Shown here: positions 30,324 through 41,400 of the stretch, one piece after another
Numbering within the stretch: the first letter of the stretch is position 1
How the letters are laid out: every line of letters begins with the position of its first letter
Assembly (NCBI GenBank): GCA_903918375.1
Contig: CAIXED010000071.1
Location: forward strand, 6,875-70,874
Direction of reading: 5' to 3'
DNA length: 64,000 bases
From: an uncultured Pseudomonadota bacterium
Lineage (GTDB): Bacteria; Pseudomonadota; Gammaproteobacteria; Methylococcales; Methylomonadaceae
The notes under the pieces: model-generated
The model's input: only the letters and a program-made list of their open reading frames with translations
What the model was told of the DNA's origin: nothing
Databases searched by the model: none
Position numbers and translations under genes: made by a program

Positions 30324-31778
30324 ATGCAACCGCAAGATTATTTGCCGTTTTTTCAAGACCTGTTCATTCAAACTTATCAATCTACCCTCGAAAATCCAGT
30401 GTATGCCGCGTGTTTATCGGTGGCGGTATGGTTGCTGACAGCGATTTTTTACAGCATCAGAATTGGATTTTTAAATGGTCGAAACAAACGAGCAATCAAA
30501 ACCATTGCCGATATTAAGCAAGCTTTGACTGCAGCGGAGCAACAAGTCCAGCAAGCTCAAGACGAAATGCAAGCTCAACAGCAACAACTTGAGCAAAGCA
30601 CACAAAGCAATACCGAATTGAAAGAGCAATTAAAAGATATCGCCAGCCAATTAAGCTCCGCGATTCAAACTTTAGCCGCTAATCCCGATTTAGGTCAGCA
30701 AGGTTTGTCAGTTGGCCAAGGTTTATCAGCAGAAGCCTTGTTCCAGCGTTTTAATGCCGCTAATCAACAAATTTGTGAGCACTTGTTAGCGCAGCGCCAA
30801 AAACAAGCTGATTTAGAAGCCGATTTGCAAGCAGAGGCTGGTAAATTGGCTGACAAAGATCAACAAATTCAAACTATGCAGATCCGTCTTGATGCTCAAA
30901 GCCAGCAATTAGGTAATTTGACTTTAAGCATTGAAGATTTCAAACAGCAATTGAACCAACAACAGCAAGATGCTCAATTAAATGTTGCTCAGATCCAAAC
31001 TCAACATCAAGCCGAATTGTCAGCTTTGAGACAACAGTTACAACAAGCAAAACTGCAAGTGCCAGCGCCAGTTGTCGTCGAGCCGCCTAAGCCTGTCGTT
31101 CCGCCAGTGCCGGTTGCGCCTGTTACAGTTCAAGCCGTAACGCCAGCACCACTGATAGAAGTGAAACCATTGATTGCCGAGATTAAACCTGCGCCTGTCG
31201 TTTCAGAACCGGTTGTTACTGTCGCTCCACCTGCGGCTCCGGTAGAAAAAACAGTGCCTGTGCAAGCTAAGGCTCAGCCAGAAGCCAGCAAGCCTAAAGC
31301 TAAAGGCATGTTTGCCAGCGCCTTAAGCAGCTTTTCTAAGTTGGACAAAAAATTAGCAGGAGAGCCAACTCCGGTAGCTGAAGTTGAAACCGTTGCTACA
31401 AAACCAGTCAGCATTCCTGAGCCACAGCCGGTAGTTGAGAAGCCGATTGAGCCAGTGGTTGAGGCTGTTAAACCTGAACCGGTCGTTGTTGCCACCGAAA
31501 CCAAACCAAAAGCCAAGCCTGCAGTAGCAGCGAAAAAAGCCGACGGCAAAAGCAAAGGCTTTTTTGCCAAGGCGATGAACACCTTTGCTTCGATGGATCA
31601 AAAATTGGGTGGTACACCGAATGAAGGGGTTCAACCATTGGAAGAAGAAACTCCAGTGCTTGAAGCACAAGTTGTTGTTGAGGAAGCGCAAGCGCCAGTT
31701 GAGCCTGTCATTGCCGCAGCTCCGCAGCCTCAATCGGCAGCTAAAAAAGGTCTGTTCGGTAAGTTCAAGCGTAAATAA
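30324..31778 (+). CDS. Hypothetical membrane-anchored coiled-coil / Pro-rich protein
   Basis: ATG at 30324 after AAGGA; one TM segment, a Gln-rich coiled coil, a Pro/Val/Ala-rich linker and repeated KGxF helices. Confidence 0.8.
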   Translation: MQPQDYLPFFQDLFIQTYQSTLENPVYAACLSVAVWLLTAIFYSIRIGFLNGRNKRAIKTIADIKQALTAAEQQVQQAQDEMQAQQQQLEQSTQSNTELKEQLKDIASQLSSAIQTLAANPDLGQQGLSVGQGLSAEALFQRFNAANQQICEHLLAQRQKQADLEADLQAEAGKLADKDQQIQTMQIRLDAQSQQLGNLTLSIEDFKQQLNQQQQDAQLNVAQIQTQHQAELSALRQQLQQAKLQVPAPVVVEPPKPVVPPVPVAPVTVQAVTPAPLIEVKPLIAEIKPAPVVSEPVVTVAPPAAPVEKTVPVQAKAQPEASKPKAKGMFASALSSFSKLDKKLAGEPTPVAEVETVATKPVSIPEPQPVVEKPIEPVVEAVKPEPVVVATETKPKAKPAVAAKKADGKSKGFFAKAMNTFASMDQKLGGTPNEGVQPLEEETPVLEAQVVVEEAQAPVEPVIAAAPQPQSAAKKGLFGKFKRK

Positions 31779-31935
31779 AGCCCAATCAAGCCTTATGGAT
31801 TTTCATTAAGTGCTGCTAAATGGTTGTAGTATTGGGAAATTCAAGACTTGGTTGGGGACATGATTGTCTTGTTATGGCCACTTGCTCTGAGATGGTATCA
31901 AAAGGCCTTGAATAATTGCAGGCTATAATCAAAAC

Positions 31936-32922
31936 ATGAGTCAAGATCACGACAGCAGTTACAAATTTCTTTTTTCGAATCCAGAATTAGTTCGGGATTT
32001 GATCATGGGTTTTATTCCTGATGAATGGTTGCATAGCCTTGACTACACCACATTAGAGAAGGTGCCAGGCCATTACGTCAGCGAAGATTTTCAGCAACGG
32101 GAAGATGATATTGTCTGGCGAGTGAAAATCGGTGGTGATTGGTTGTATCTGTATTTGTTGCTGGAGTTTCAAAGCGGCGTCGACAAGTACATGGCGCTGC
32201 GGATGATGGTTTACATTGGTTTGCTGTATCAAGACCTGATTAAGCGCGGCGATGTGTTACCCGACGGGCGTTTGCCACCGATTTTGCCGATCGTTTTATA
32301 CAACGGCCAACCACGCTGGACTGCAGTTACCGACGTTTCGGAGTTAATTCCCGCCGTTCCCGGACTGGTTGAACAATTCAAACCCAAGCTGAAATATCTA
32401 TTGATTGATGAAAATGCTTACAGCGATGCAGAGTTGGCATCAGTCAATAATTTGGTGGCCGCCGTGTTTAGGCTGGAACACCCTGCTAATCCGCAAACCA
32501 TCAGTGAGTTATTAAGCGCATTGAATGACTGGCTGAGCGACAGGCCTGACTTACGACGCATGTTTGCCTTGTGGATACGGGCGACATTGATGAGAAAACC
32601 GGAGTACGGTATCGTGCTTCCCCAAGTAGATGATTTGCAGGAGATAAACGTTATGCTGGCACAACGACTAGAAGATTGGGCGCGTGGTTATCGAGCGGAA
32701 GGTCGGCAAGAAGGTCGACAAGAAGGCCGACAAGAAGGACTTCAAAAAGGTCGACAAGAAGGTGAGTTACTGGCGTTACAACGTTTGCTGTCACGGCGTT
32801 TTGGTGTAATTCCAGTGGATGTGACGGAAAGGATTTCAAAAGCGGCTTTGCCAGACATTGAGCTCTGGTTAGATCGGGTGATTGAGGCAAAACAATTGGC
32901 GGATGTATTTAACGATTCTTAA
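31936..32922 (+). CDS. Rpn/YhgA-like recombination-promoting nuclease (PD-(D/E)xK) with DUF4351-like tail
   Basis: HDSSYKFLFSNP, REDDIVWRV, LLEFQS, LPPILPIVLYNG, EGRQ repeats, RLLSRRFG. Confidence 0.92.
   Translation: MSQDHDSSYKFLFSNPELVRDLIMGFIPDEWLHSLDYTTLEKVPGHYVSEDFQQREDDIVWRVKIGGDWLYLYLLLEFQSGVDKYMALRMMVYIGLLYQDLIKRGDVLPDGRLPPILPIVLYNGQPRWTAVTDVSELIPAVPGLVEQFKPKLKYLLIDENAYSDAELASVNNLVAAVFRLEHPANPQTISELLSALNDWLSDRPDLRRMFALWIRATLMRKPEYGIVLPQVDDLQEINVMLAQRLEDWARGYRAEGRQEGRQEGRQEGLQKGRQEGELLALQRLLSRRFGVIPVDVTERISKAALPDIELWLDRVIEAKQLADVFNDS
32653..32922 (+). CDS. Putative in-frame small C-terminal product of Rpn (Rpn-S, 89 aa)
   Basis: AGGAG at 32639-32643 lies 9 nt before an in-frame ATG at 32653, just ahead of the EGRQ repeats. 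Confidence 0.6.
   Translation: MLAQRLEDWARGYRAEGRQEGRQEGRQEGLQKGRQEGELLALQRLLSRRFGVIPVDVTERISKAALPDIELWLDRVIEAKQLADVFNDS
32698..32763 (+). repeat. 12-bp coding tandem repeat (about 5.5 copies, GAAGGTCGACAA-like, encoding EGRQ)
   Basis: gaaggtcggcaa gaaggtcgacaa gaaggccgacaa gaaggacttcaa aaaggtcgacaa gaaggt. Confidence 0.9.
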
Positions 32923-33111
32923 GTTTTACTAAGATTTTATTTTTGATCATCTCAGTTAAACGATAAAGGGCCAACCGGTCAGCAGTTGTCTTCTGGGTTT
33001 TCATTAAGTGCTAGCAAATGGTTGGTTGGGGGTGGCATGATTGTCTTGTTGCGACCCATTCCTGACGTCCAAACCAAGACTGTTCCAATGACGGCCACCA
33101 AATTCGAGCCG

Positions 33112-35514
33112 TCATTCGCTATCGGCGACGTATTCGCACTTTGCAAAGGCTGTTCCGAGAACCGCCTGAATTGCGGGAATCAATTGATCTTTCTCAACTC
33201 GAGTAGCCCATTCGGACTGCTCAGGGATGTTACGTGCCTGGACCGTTCGAAGCGCAATTAAGACGCGTTGGAGCAATGGCAAAGACCTCGTTTCGATTGC
33301 CGCATTCACCCAATTATCGGCATGTGTCCACGAACGCGACAGCAAGTCGGCCATGGTCAGAGTGATAGGCTCTATGGGGCCTTGATCCTGACAGAGGACG
33401 CGGCCGAATTCGCCAATGTCGTGCTCTAAGTGGCCCAGTCCCTCCTCATTAGCCCGCATCAACGGGAACGGACACTGGCCGATCTGAAAAAGTAACCAAG
33501 CATCCATTCGTTGGCTGTCGTCGTCAACGACGGCGGTCGGCAGGCGCGCCAACTGTCCAAGGATCATCCATGGCGTTGTATTTGCATACATCCGCGATCG
33601 CTCAGCACCAAGGTCGACTGCCTCACCACGGACCTCGCCATAGCGGTCTGAGAGCCATGCCTTGCCGTCTTCGATCTTGAGGTAAATGACCTGACCGTCC
33701 CGTGTCGCCAAGCAGATCAGTGCCCGTTCCACGAGCTCTTCTTCAGGCTTGATCGAAAGCAGACCATCAATGATTCCGGAGTTGAATCCACCGGTCATGT
33801 CCGCGATGTTCCGGATCGCCTGGGCGCCCACGATGTCGCCGAGGTAAACTCCGGAAAGCTTCTGTCCCAGCCAAACGCCAGCGTCGTGTGGGTCAGCATT
33901 CGCCTGGCGTTCGAGTTCGGCGCCGGCGACGTCGGCTAGTTCAACGAGAAACGCGGCGGGAACGGTTGGCACAACGATGTCCTCGCCACAGGCGTGACGA
34001 TACACCCGCACCCAGCCTCCGCTTTTCAAATCGATCAGTGCATCTCGGGCTTCAGGCGAAAGAGCATCCTGCCGAATGACGAAGCCATTGGATGCAGCTA
34101 AGGCAAGTTCGGCTCGGCCAGCGTTCGTATCGGCTAGAGCGTCGCGAGCTAGCAGGCGGTAACCGCGTAAGAGAATTGCCTGCCCGGCATGAGCCTCGCG
34201 CGCAAAATCGACCAGATCGATGCCAAGCGCTGACGGCAGCAGCACTTCGCAGGACGGATCATCAAAGCGGGGATCGCGTGCGATCTTATCGTAGATGGTG
34301 CGCAGCACCCAGGGTGCGCGATAGTCTTCTGCATATTCTGATCCTTTGACAAAGGCGATTTTGTTATGCCGCAGGACTTGTTGCGCAGCCTGGAACTCCT
34401 CCAATCCAAGCGGGCCCAGTTCAATACCAGAGGCGTGCGTACCCAATCCCGTCAAAGTGCGCCCGTTGGGCGCCTTTATGAGACCTTCAGGTCGATCGGT
34501 AGTGATGATGACACGCAGATTCGTACCAGGGCCTATGCCTGCTAACTCCTCCAGATCCGCGGCCATAGAGGTGCCCGGATCGACGCTATCAATCGCTACG
34601 ACCAGAACCGGACCGGTCGAACCAGTCGACATCCGTCGGAGCCATTGGCGTGCATTGTTGGCCGAAAGGTTCCACTCGAGTTCGGCGGTGAATAGATTGG
34701 CCAACGACTGGAAAAGGCCTGGGCCTAAGCCACGCAGCATCAGCACGGCCAGTTCGTCGCTCTTGCTTGTCCTCAGAGCCAGTTCACGCAGGAGACTGGA
34801 CTTTCCCGTTGCTGGCGCACCTTCGACGATGGTGAAGGTTGGTCCATCCAGCAGAGTTTTGATCGCCCTGATCGTATCCAGCCGAGGGAATAACAGGTTG
34901 CTGGCGAACGGGCGGTTCGCCGCGCCGGGTTCGTTGGTCATCTCTTGCAGCAGCTTAGTTGTACTTGTGCGCACGATAGGCACCCAGACACCCGTTTCGC
35001 GCCCCATCAATGCCTCGATTGCCCACCGCATGTCGGCCGCGGCAATCTTGGCCGCGTTGGTGAGCAGACGCGCCACGGCGCCAGAGGCGTCGTCATCACC
35101 AGTCCATGCTTGGCCGGTGTTGGAGTCGTAAACTCGGGTTTCGCTGCCGTTTGTAACGACGACAAGAGGCGGCCGCGGTGTGAGTTGGTTGGCATAGCTC
35201 TGGGCCTGCTCGTAATCGTCGCGGGTGAGTGTCAGATCTTCGCGCTTTAATTCCAGCACTGCCAACGGGCGCTCATTGTGGAAAATCAGGATGTCGGCGC
35301 GACCGCTCTTTGTCCACTGGGCCGCACTGTCGAACTCGTGTGTAGCATGGCCGAGCCGCACAGTAAAGCGGCGCTGCTCAACTAATTGGTCACGCGGTAT
35401 GTTGGGAAACGCAATATTGAGAGCCGTAGCCAGTCGGCTTTCAAGTTCGGCTTCAGGGCGAACATCCAAGGCTGATTGTGGGGCTTCGTTATTTTTCTGT
35501 TGAGATTGGTCCAT
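33112..35514 (-). CDS. HsdR-N-like PD-(D/E)xK nuclease fused to a STAND/NACHT-like P-loop NTPase (putative anti-phage protein)
   Basis: Nuclease motif GRADILIF...LAVLELK...QAQSYA...VVTNG; Walker A GAPATGKS; Walker B-like LVVAIDSVD; sensor-like VIITTDR. Visibly higher GC than the flanks. Confidence 0.75.
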   Translation of the reverse strand: MDQSQQKNNEAPQSALDVRPEAELESRLATALNIAFPNIPRDQLVEQRRFTVRLGHATHEFDSAAQWTKSGRADILIFHNERPLAVLELKREDLTLTRDDYEQAQSYANQLTPRPPLVVVTNGSETRVYDSNTGQAWTGDDDASGAVARLLTNAAKIAAADMRWAIEALMGRETGVWVPIVRTSTTKLLQEMTNEPGAANRPFASNLLFPRLDTIRAIKTLLDGPTFTIVEGAPATGKSSLLRELALRTSKSDELAVLMLRGLGPGLFQSLANLFTAELEWNLSANNARQWLRRMSTGSTGPVLVVAIDSVDPGTSMAADLEELAGIGPGTNLRVIITTDRPEGLIKAPNGRTLTGLGTHASGIELGPLGLEEFQAAQQVLRHNKIAFVKGSEYAEDYRAPWVLRTIYDKIARDPRFDDPSCEVLLPSALGIDLVDFAREAHAGQAILLRGYRLLARDALADTNAGRAELALAASNGFVIRQDALSPEARDALIDLKSGGWVRVYRHACGEDIVVPTVPAAFLVELADVAGAELERQANADPHDAGVWLGQKLSGVYLGDIVGAQAIRNIADMTGGFNSGIIDGLLSIKPEEELVERALICLATRDGQVIYLKIEDGKAWLSDRYGEVRGEAVDLGAERSRMYANTTPWMILGQLARLPTAVVDDDSQRMDAWLLFQIGQCPFPLMRANEEGLGHLEHDIGEFGRVLCQDQGPIEPITLTMADLLSRSWTHADNWVNAAIETRSLPLLQRVLIALRTVQARNIPEQSEWATRVEKDQLIPAIQAVLGTAFAKCEYVADSE

Positions 35515-35771
35515 GTATTTAGTGCTAAAAGCTATTTATTTGTTCGATCAATATGATGAGCGGGAATGCTCCTGACGTCCAGCGTCTCACTTTCAGGTGG
35601 AGCTGACCTTCGAGCGACCGCTTCAAACACTGTATGGATGACCGAAGATGGCCGTTAACAAGCATTCCGGTTAACCAACTTTTCACCAAACGGTGCAAAC
35701 TAAAAACAGTCGGCGTTGTGATTTCCACCCTTAGAATGCAAATAGCCGGTGTTTTAAACTATGTGCCTCTT

Positions 35772-36617
35772 TCACTTAGTATTTCGTGCCGCTAAGCGTG
35801 GAATATCGCTACTGATAAATAAAGCCGGATCGACGGCTTCCTTGTTTAAATAAACAATCCAATGTAAATGTGGGCCAGTCACTCGACCAGTCGCCCCGAC
35901 ACTGCCCAAGCGTTGACCTTGATAGATTTGCTGGCCATTGTGGACATCAATTTGGGTCATGTGTAGATAAACACTAATCAAACCCTGACCGTGATCTAAA
36001 AACACGGTATTGCCATTAAAGAAAAAACTCCCTGTGCCAATCACCTTGCCAGAAGCAGGGGCCATAATCGGGGTGCCAGCAACAGCGGCAATGTCTAAAC
36101 CGTTATGCGGTTGGCGTGGGACGTTATTAAAAAAGCGTTTCAAGCCAAATAAGCTGCTTAAACGACCATCAACCGGTGCCGTGAAATGAGTATCAGCAGG
36201 GCGTTGGCTCCAAGTGCTTTTAATCTGCTCCATACTGATTTTTTCCGACTCAATCCGTCTCAAGTCTTCCGGTGTCATTTCATCAACCATGCGTTTGTTT
36301 TCGATAGTTAAACGCTGTTCTGGATAATGTTTATCCAACACCATAAACGAGATTTCGCCATTGCCAGCACTGGATTCGACCATCAGCTTTTGTAAGCCCG
36401 GTGTCGCTGCTAATGGAATCCCAACCAACGCTAGCCATTGACCATTACGCTCGGTGACTAGAACGCGATTGCGATTGAAATAGGCGTTGGGGGCAGGGGA
36501 GCGACTGTCACCAAGGTTAATTTCGGCAACCCCACCTGGCACGGTTAAATTTTGTGGATAAGGATCGGCTTGGCTGAGCAGAGGAAATAAGCTCAGTAGT
36601 AGCAGTTTTTTAATCAT
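35772..36617 (-). CDS. M23 family peptidoglycan DD-metalloendopeptidase
   Basis: HNGLD and TGPHLHW zinc motifs; signal peptide. Confidence 0.93.
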   Translation of the reverse strand: MIKKLLLLSLFPLLSQADPYPQNLTVPGGVAEINLGDSRSPAPNAYFNRNRVLVTERNGQWLALVGIPLAATPGLQKLMVESSAGNGEISFMVLDKHYPEQRLTIENKRMVDEMTPEDLRRIESEKISMEQIKSTWSQRPADTHFTAPVDGRLSSLFGLKRFFNNVPRQPHNGLDIAAVAGTPIMAPASGKVIGTGSFFFNGNTVFLDHGQGLISVYLHMTQIDVHNGQQIYQGQRLGSVGATGRVTGPHLHWIVYLNKEAVDPALFISSDIPRLAARNTK

Positions 36618-37947
36618 GAATAATCTCTTTAACTTCGCTCAATACTTGGCCTTGAGCAAAACGAGTCAGCATCAAGTCGTTAATTGATAATTGTTGGCTG
36701 GATTTAATAATCTGTTGATTGTCTTGACGTTGGCTGATGGCGTAGCCGCGTTCCAAAGTTGCTAATGGACTGACTGCGTGTAAAGTCTGGCTGATAGCGG
36801 CTTGTCGAGTTTTTAAACGACTTATTTTCAGCTCAATTGAGCGTTCCAGCCGCTGCTGTAAATAGCTTAATTGCTGTTGATGGCTGTTGATTTGTTGGCT
36901 GGGTTGCCATTGTTTGAGTTGGTGATGACCAATCGCCAATTGTTGCTGACAGTCGCGCAATTTGTGTTGTATCGCTTGATTGATGCGTTGTTCAAATTCA
37001 TCTAAACGCTGGGCATTGCGCTGTAGTTTTTGGCCGGGATGTTGCTGTTGTAAGGCTTTATCTAGCCAAGCTAACTGTTGTTGGTGTTGTAATAAGCGGC
37101 GTTGGATTAATTGGCTTAACTGTTTTTCAAGCGCATCAAACGCATTCAGCCATGCTTCTTGGTGGGGAACCGCATGTTCGGCAGCGGCAGATGGCGTGGC
37201 CGCACGTAAATCAGCCACAAAGTCGGCGATGGTGACATCGACTTCGTGGCCGACCGCAGAAATCACCGGAATCTCGCTGGCGGCAATTGCTCTGGCGACA
37301 ATTTCTTCATTAAACGCCCATAAATCCTCTAAGGAGCCGCCACCCCGCGCCAAAATGATCACATCGACTTGCTTGTGTTGATTGGCAGTCGCCAACGCTT
37401 GAGTAATTTCAAATTTGGCGGTTTCTCCTTGAACAGCCACCGGATAAATCAACACCGGAATCGCCGGAAAACGACGTTTGAGCACCGTCAAAATATCATG
37501 TATCGCCGCGCCAGTCGCTGATGTAATCACGCCAATTTGTTTGGGAATTAAGGGTAGGGCTTGTTTGCGTTGTTGATCGAACAAGCCTTCTTGCAGTAAT
37601 TTGGCTTTGAGTTTTTCAAACGCTAAACGTAAAGCGCCATCACCGGCTTCTTCGAGATGATCCACGACTAATTGATAATCACCTCGCGGTTCGTACAAAC
37701 TGACTTGTGCGGTGGCAATGACTTGATTGCCATTGCTGGGTTTAAAGCGTAAACGTTGCTGTTGGCCTTTAAACATCGCACAGCGAATTTGTGCTTGCGA
37801 GTCTTTTAAAGTGAAGTAAATATGGCCGGAAGCGGGGATACTGAGATTGGAGATTTCGCCAGCCACCTGCACATTTAAAAAGTGCGTGGCCAATAAGCGT
37901 TTGGCTTCGCGATTAAGCTGGGAAACGCTGTAAACAGTGTCTTGCAT
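36610..37947 (-). CDS. xseA: Exodeoxyribonuclease VII large subunit
   Basis: GEISN...SGHIYFTLKD, ARGGGSLEDLWAFN, ATPSAAAE. Confidence 0.98.
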   Translation of the reverse strand: MQDTVYSVSQLNREAKRLLATHFLNVQVAGEISNLSIPASGHIYFTLKDSQAQIRCAMFKGQQQRLRFKPSNGNQVIATAQVSLYEPRGDYQLVVDHLEEAGDGALRLAFEKLKAKLLQEGLFDQQRKQALPLIPKQIGVITSATGAAIHDILTVLKRRFPAIPVLIYPVAVQGETAKFEITQALATANQHKQVDVIILARGGGSLEDLWAFNEEIVARAIAASEIPVISAVGHEVDVTIADFVADLRAATPSAAAEHAVPHQEAWLNAFDALEKQLSQLIQRRLLQHQQQLAWLDKALQQQHPGQKLQRNAQRLDEFEQRINQAIQHKLRDCQQQLAIGHHQLKQWQPSQQINSHQQQLSYLQQRLERSIELKISRLKTRQAAISQTLHAVSPLATLERGYAISQRQDNQQIIKSSQQLSINDLMLTRFAQGQVLSEVKEIIHD

Positions 37948-37975
37948 AATGAGTGTTTACAGCGTTTTGTCGCAA

Positions 37976-40475
<2,500 letters not shown>

Positions 40476-40496
40476 TTTGTTGTGTCCTAATCGCAG

Positions 40497-40521
40497 AAAA
40501 CGCCCCGACCACGGAGCGTTT
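40497..40521 (-). terminator. Terminator-like hairpin after hflC
   Basis: Minus strand AAACGCTCCG-TGGT-CGGGGCGTTTT. Confidence 0.55.
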
Positions 40522-40544
40522 GCTTAATACGATGAAAGATGAGC

Positions 40545-41399
40545 TTATTTCTGGTTTTTAAAATATTTGAAGAAATCCGAATTCGGTTCCAACACCATGA
40601 TGTTGCCTGATTTGCCCAAGCTTTGCTTGTAAGCAATCATGCTGCGATAGAAGGCGTAAAAATCACTGTCATCGCCAAAGGTTTTAGCAGATATTTCTGC
40701 CGCTTTAGCATCGCCTTCACCGCGTAAAATTTCAGAATCGCGATAGGCATTGGCTAAAATGATTTCGCGTTGTTTGTCGGCATCAGCACGAATCCGTTCT
40801 GCCGCTTCTGAACCTTGTGAACGAAACTCGCGAGCTACTCGAGCACGTTCAGCTTCCATTCGTTGATAAACCGAAGAACTGACTTCGCTTGGTAAATCAA
40901 TGCGTTTAACTTGAACGTCAACAATCGTGATACCTAATTTGGCCGCATGAGGCGAAACATTGGTGATTAAAGCTTCACGAATCGCACTACGATCAGTGGA
41001 TACCAGTTGTTTAATTTCACGTTTGCTAAATTCGCTACGGAATGAATCTTTAATGATTTGATCCAAACGAATATTGGCTTGATTAACATCACCAGCAACC
41101 GTGGTGTAAAAAGTTTTAACATCGCCAATTCGCCATTTGACGAATGAATCAACGATTACGTTTTTCTTTTCAGCAGTTAAAAAGCGTTCAGGGGTCGAAT
41201 CCATGGTTAGGATACGTGAATCAAACTTTTTGACATTGTTGAGGAAAGGGATTTTGAAATGCAAACCTGGTTGAAAATCTGCACCAACAATCTCACCGAG
41301 TTGGAATTTGATGACGCGTTCAGTTTCGCCAACGGTAAAAACCGACGTCGAAATCACCACAACCAATGCGCCCAGTGTCACTAATATCTTGTTTCCCAT
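40545..41399 (-). CDS. hflC: Protease modulator HflC
   Basis: SPFH domain, RMEAERARVAREFRSQG; downstream of hflK. Confidence 0.97.
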   Translation of the reverse strand: MGNKILVTLGALVVVISTSVFTVGETERVIKFQLGEIVGADFQPGLHFKIPFLNNVKKFDSRILTMDSTPERFLTAEKKNVIVDSFVKWRIGDVKTFYTTVAGDVNQANIRLDQIIKDSFRSEFSKREIKQLVSTDRSAIREALITNVSPHAAKLGITIVDVQVKRIDLPSEVSSSVYQRMEAERARVAREFRSQGSEAAERIRADADKQREIILANAYRDSEILRGEGDAKAAEISAKTFGDDSDFYAFYRSMIAYKQSLGKSGNIMVLEPNSDFFKYFKNQK

Positions 41400-41400
41400 C

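Noticed and set aside
32698..32763. Short repeats as a CRISPR array
   Set aside because: These are contiguous 12-bp in-frame coding repeats without spacers, and there are no cas genes in the window.
33040..33116. Integron attC site
   Set aside because: It lacks RYYYAAC...GTTRRRY ends and there is no intI; reported instead as a different palindrome type.
34346..35131. 261-aa plus-strand ORF and other ORFs antisense to the 800-aa gene
   Set aside because: Shadow ORFs expected in GC-rich DNA; Ser/Arg-rich with no motifs.
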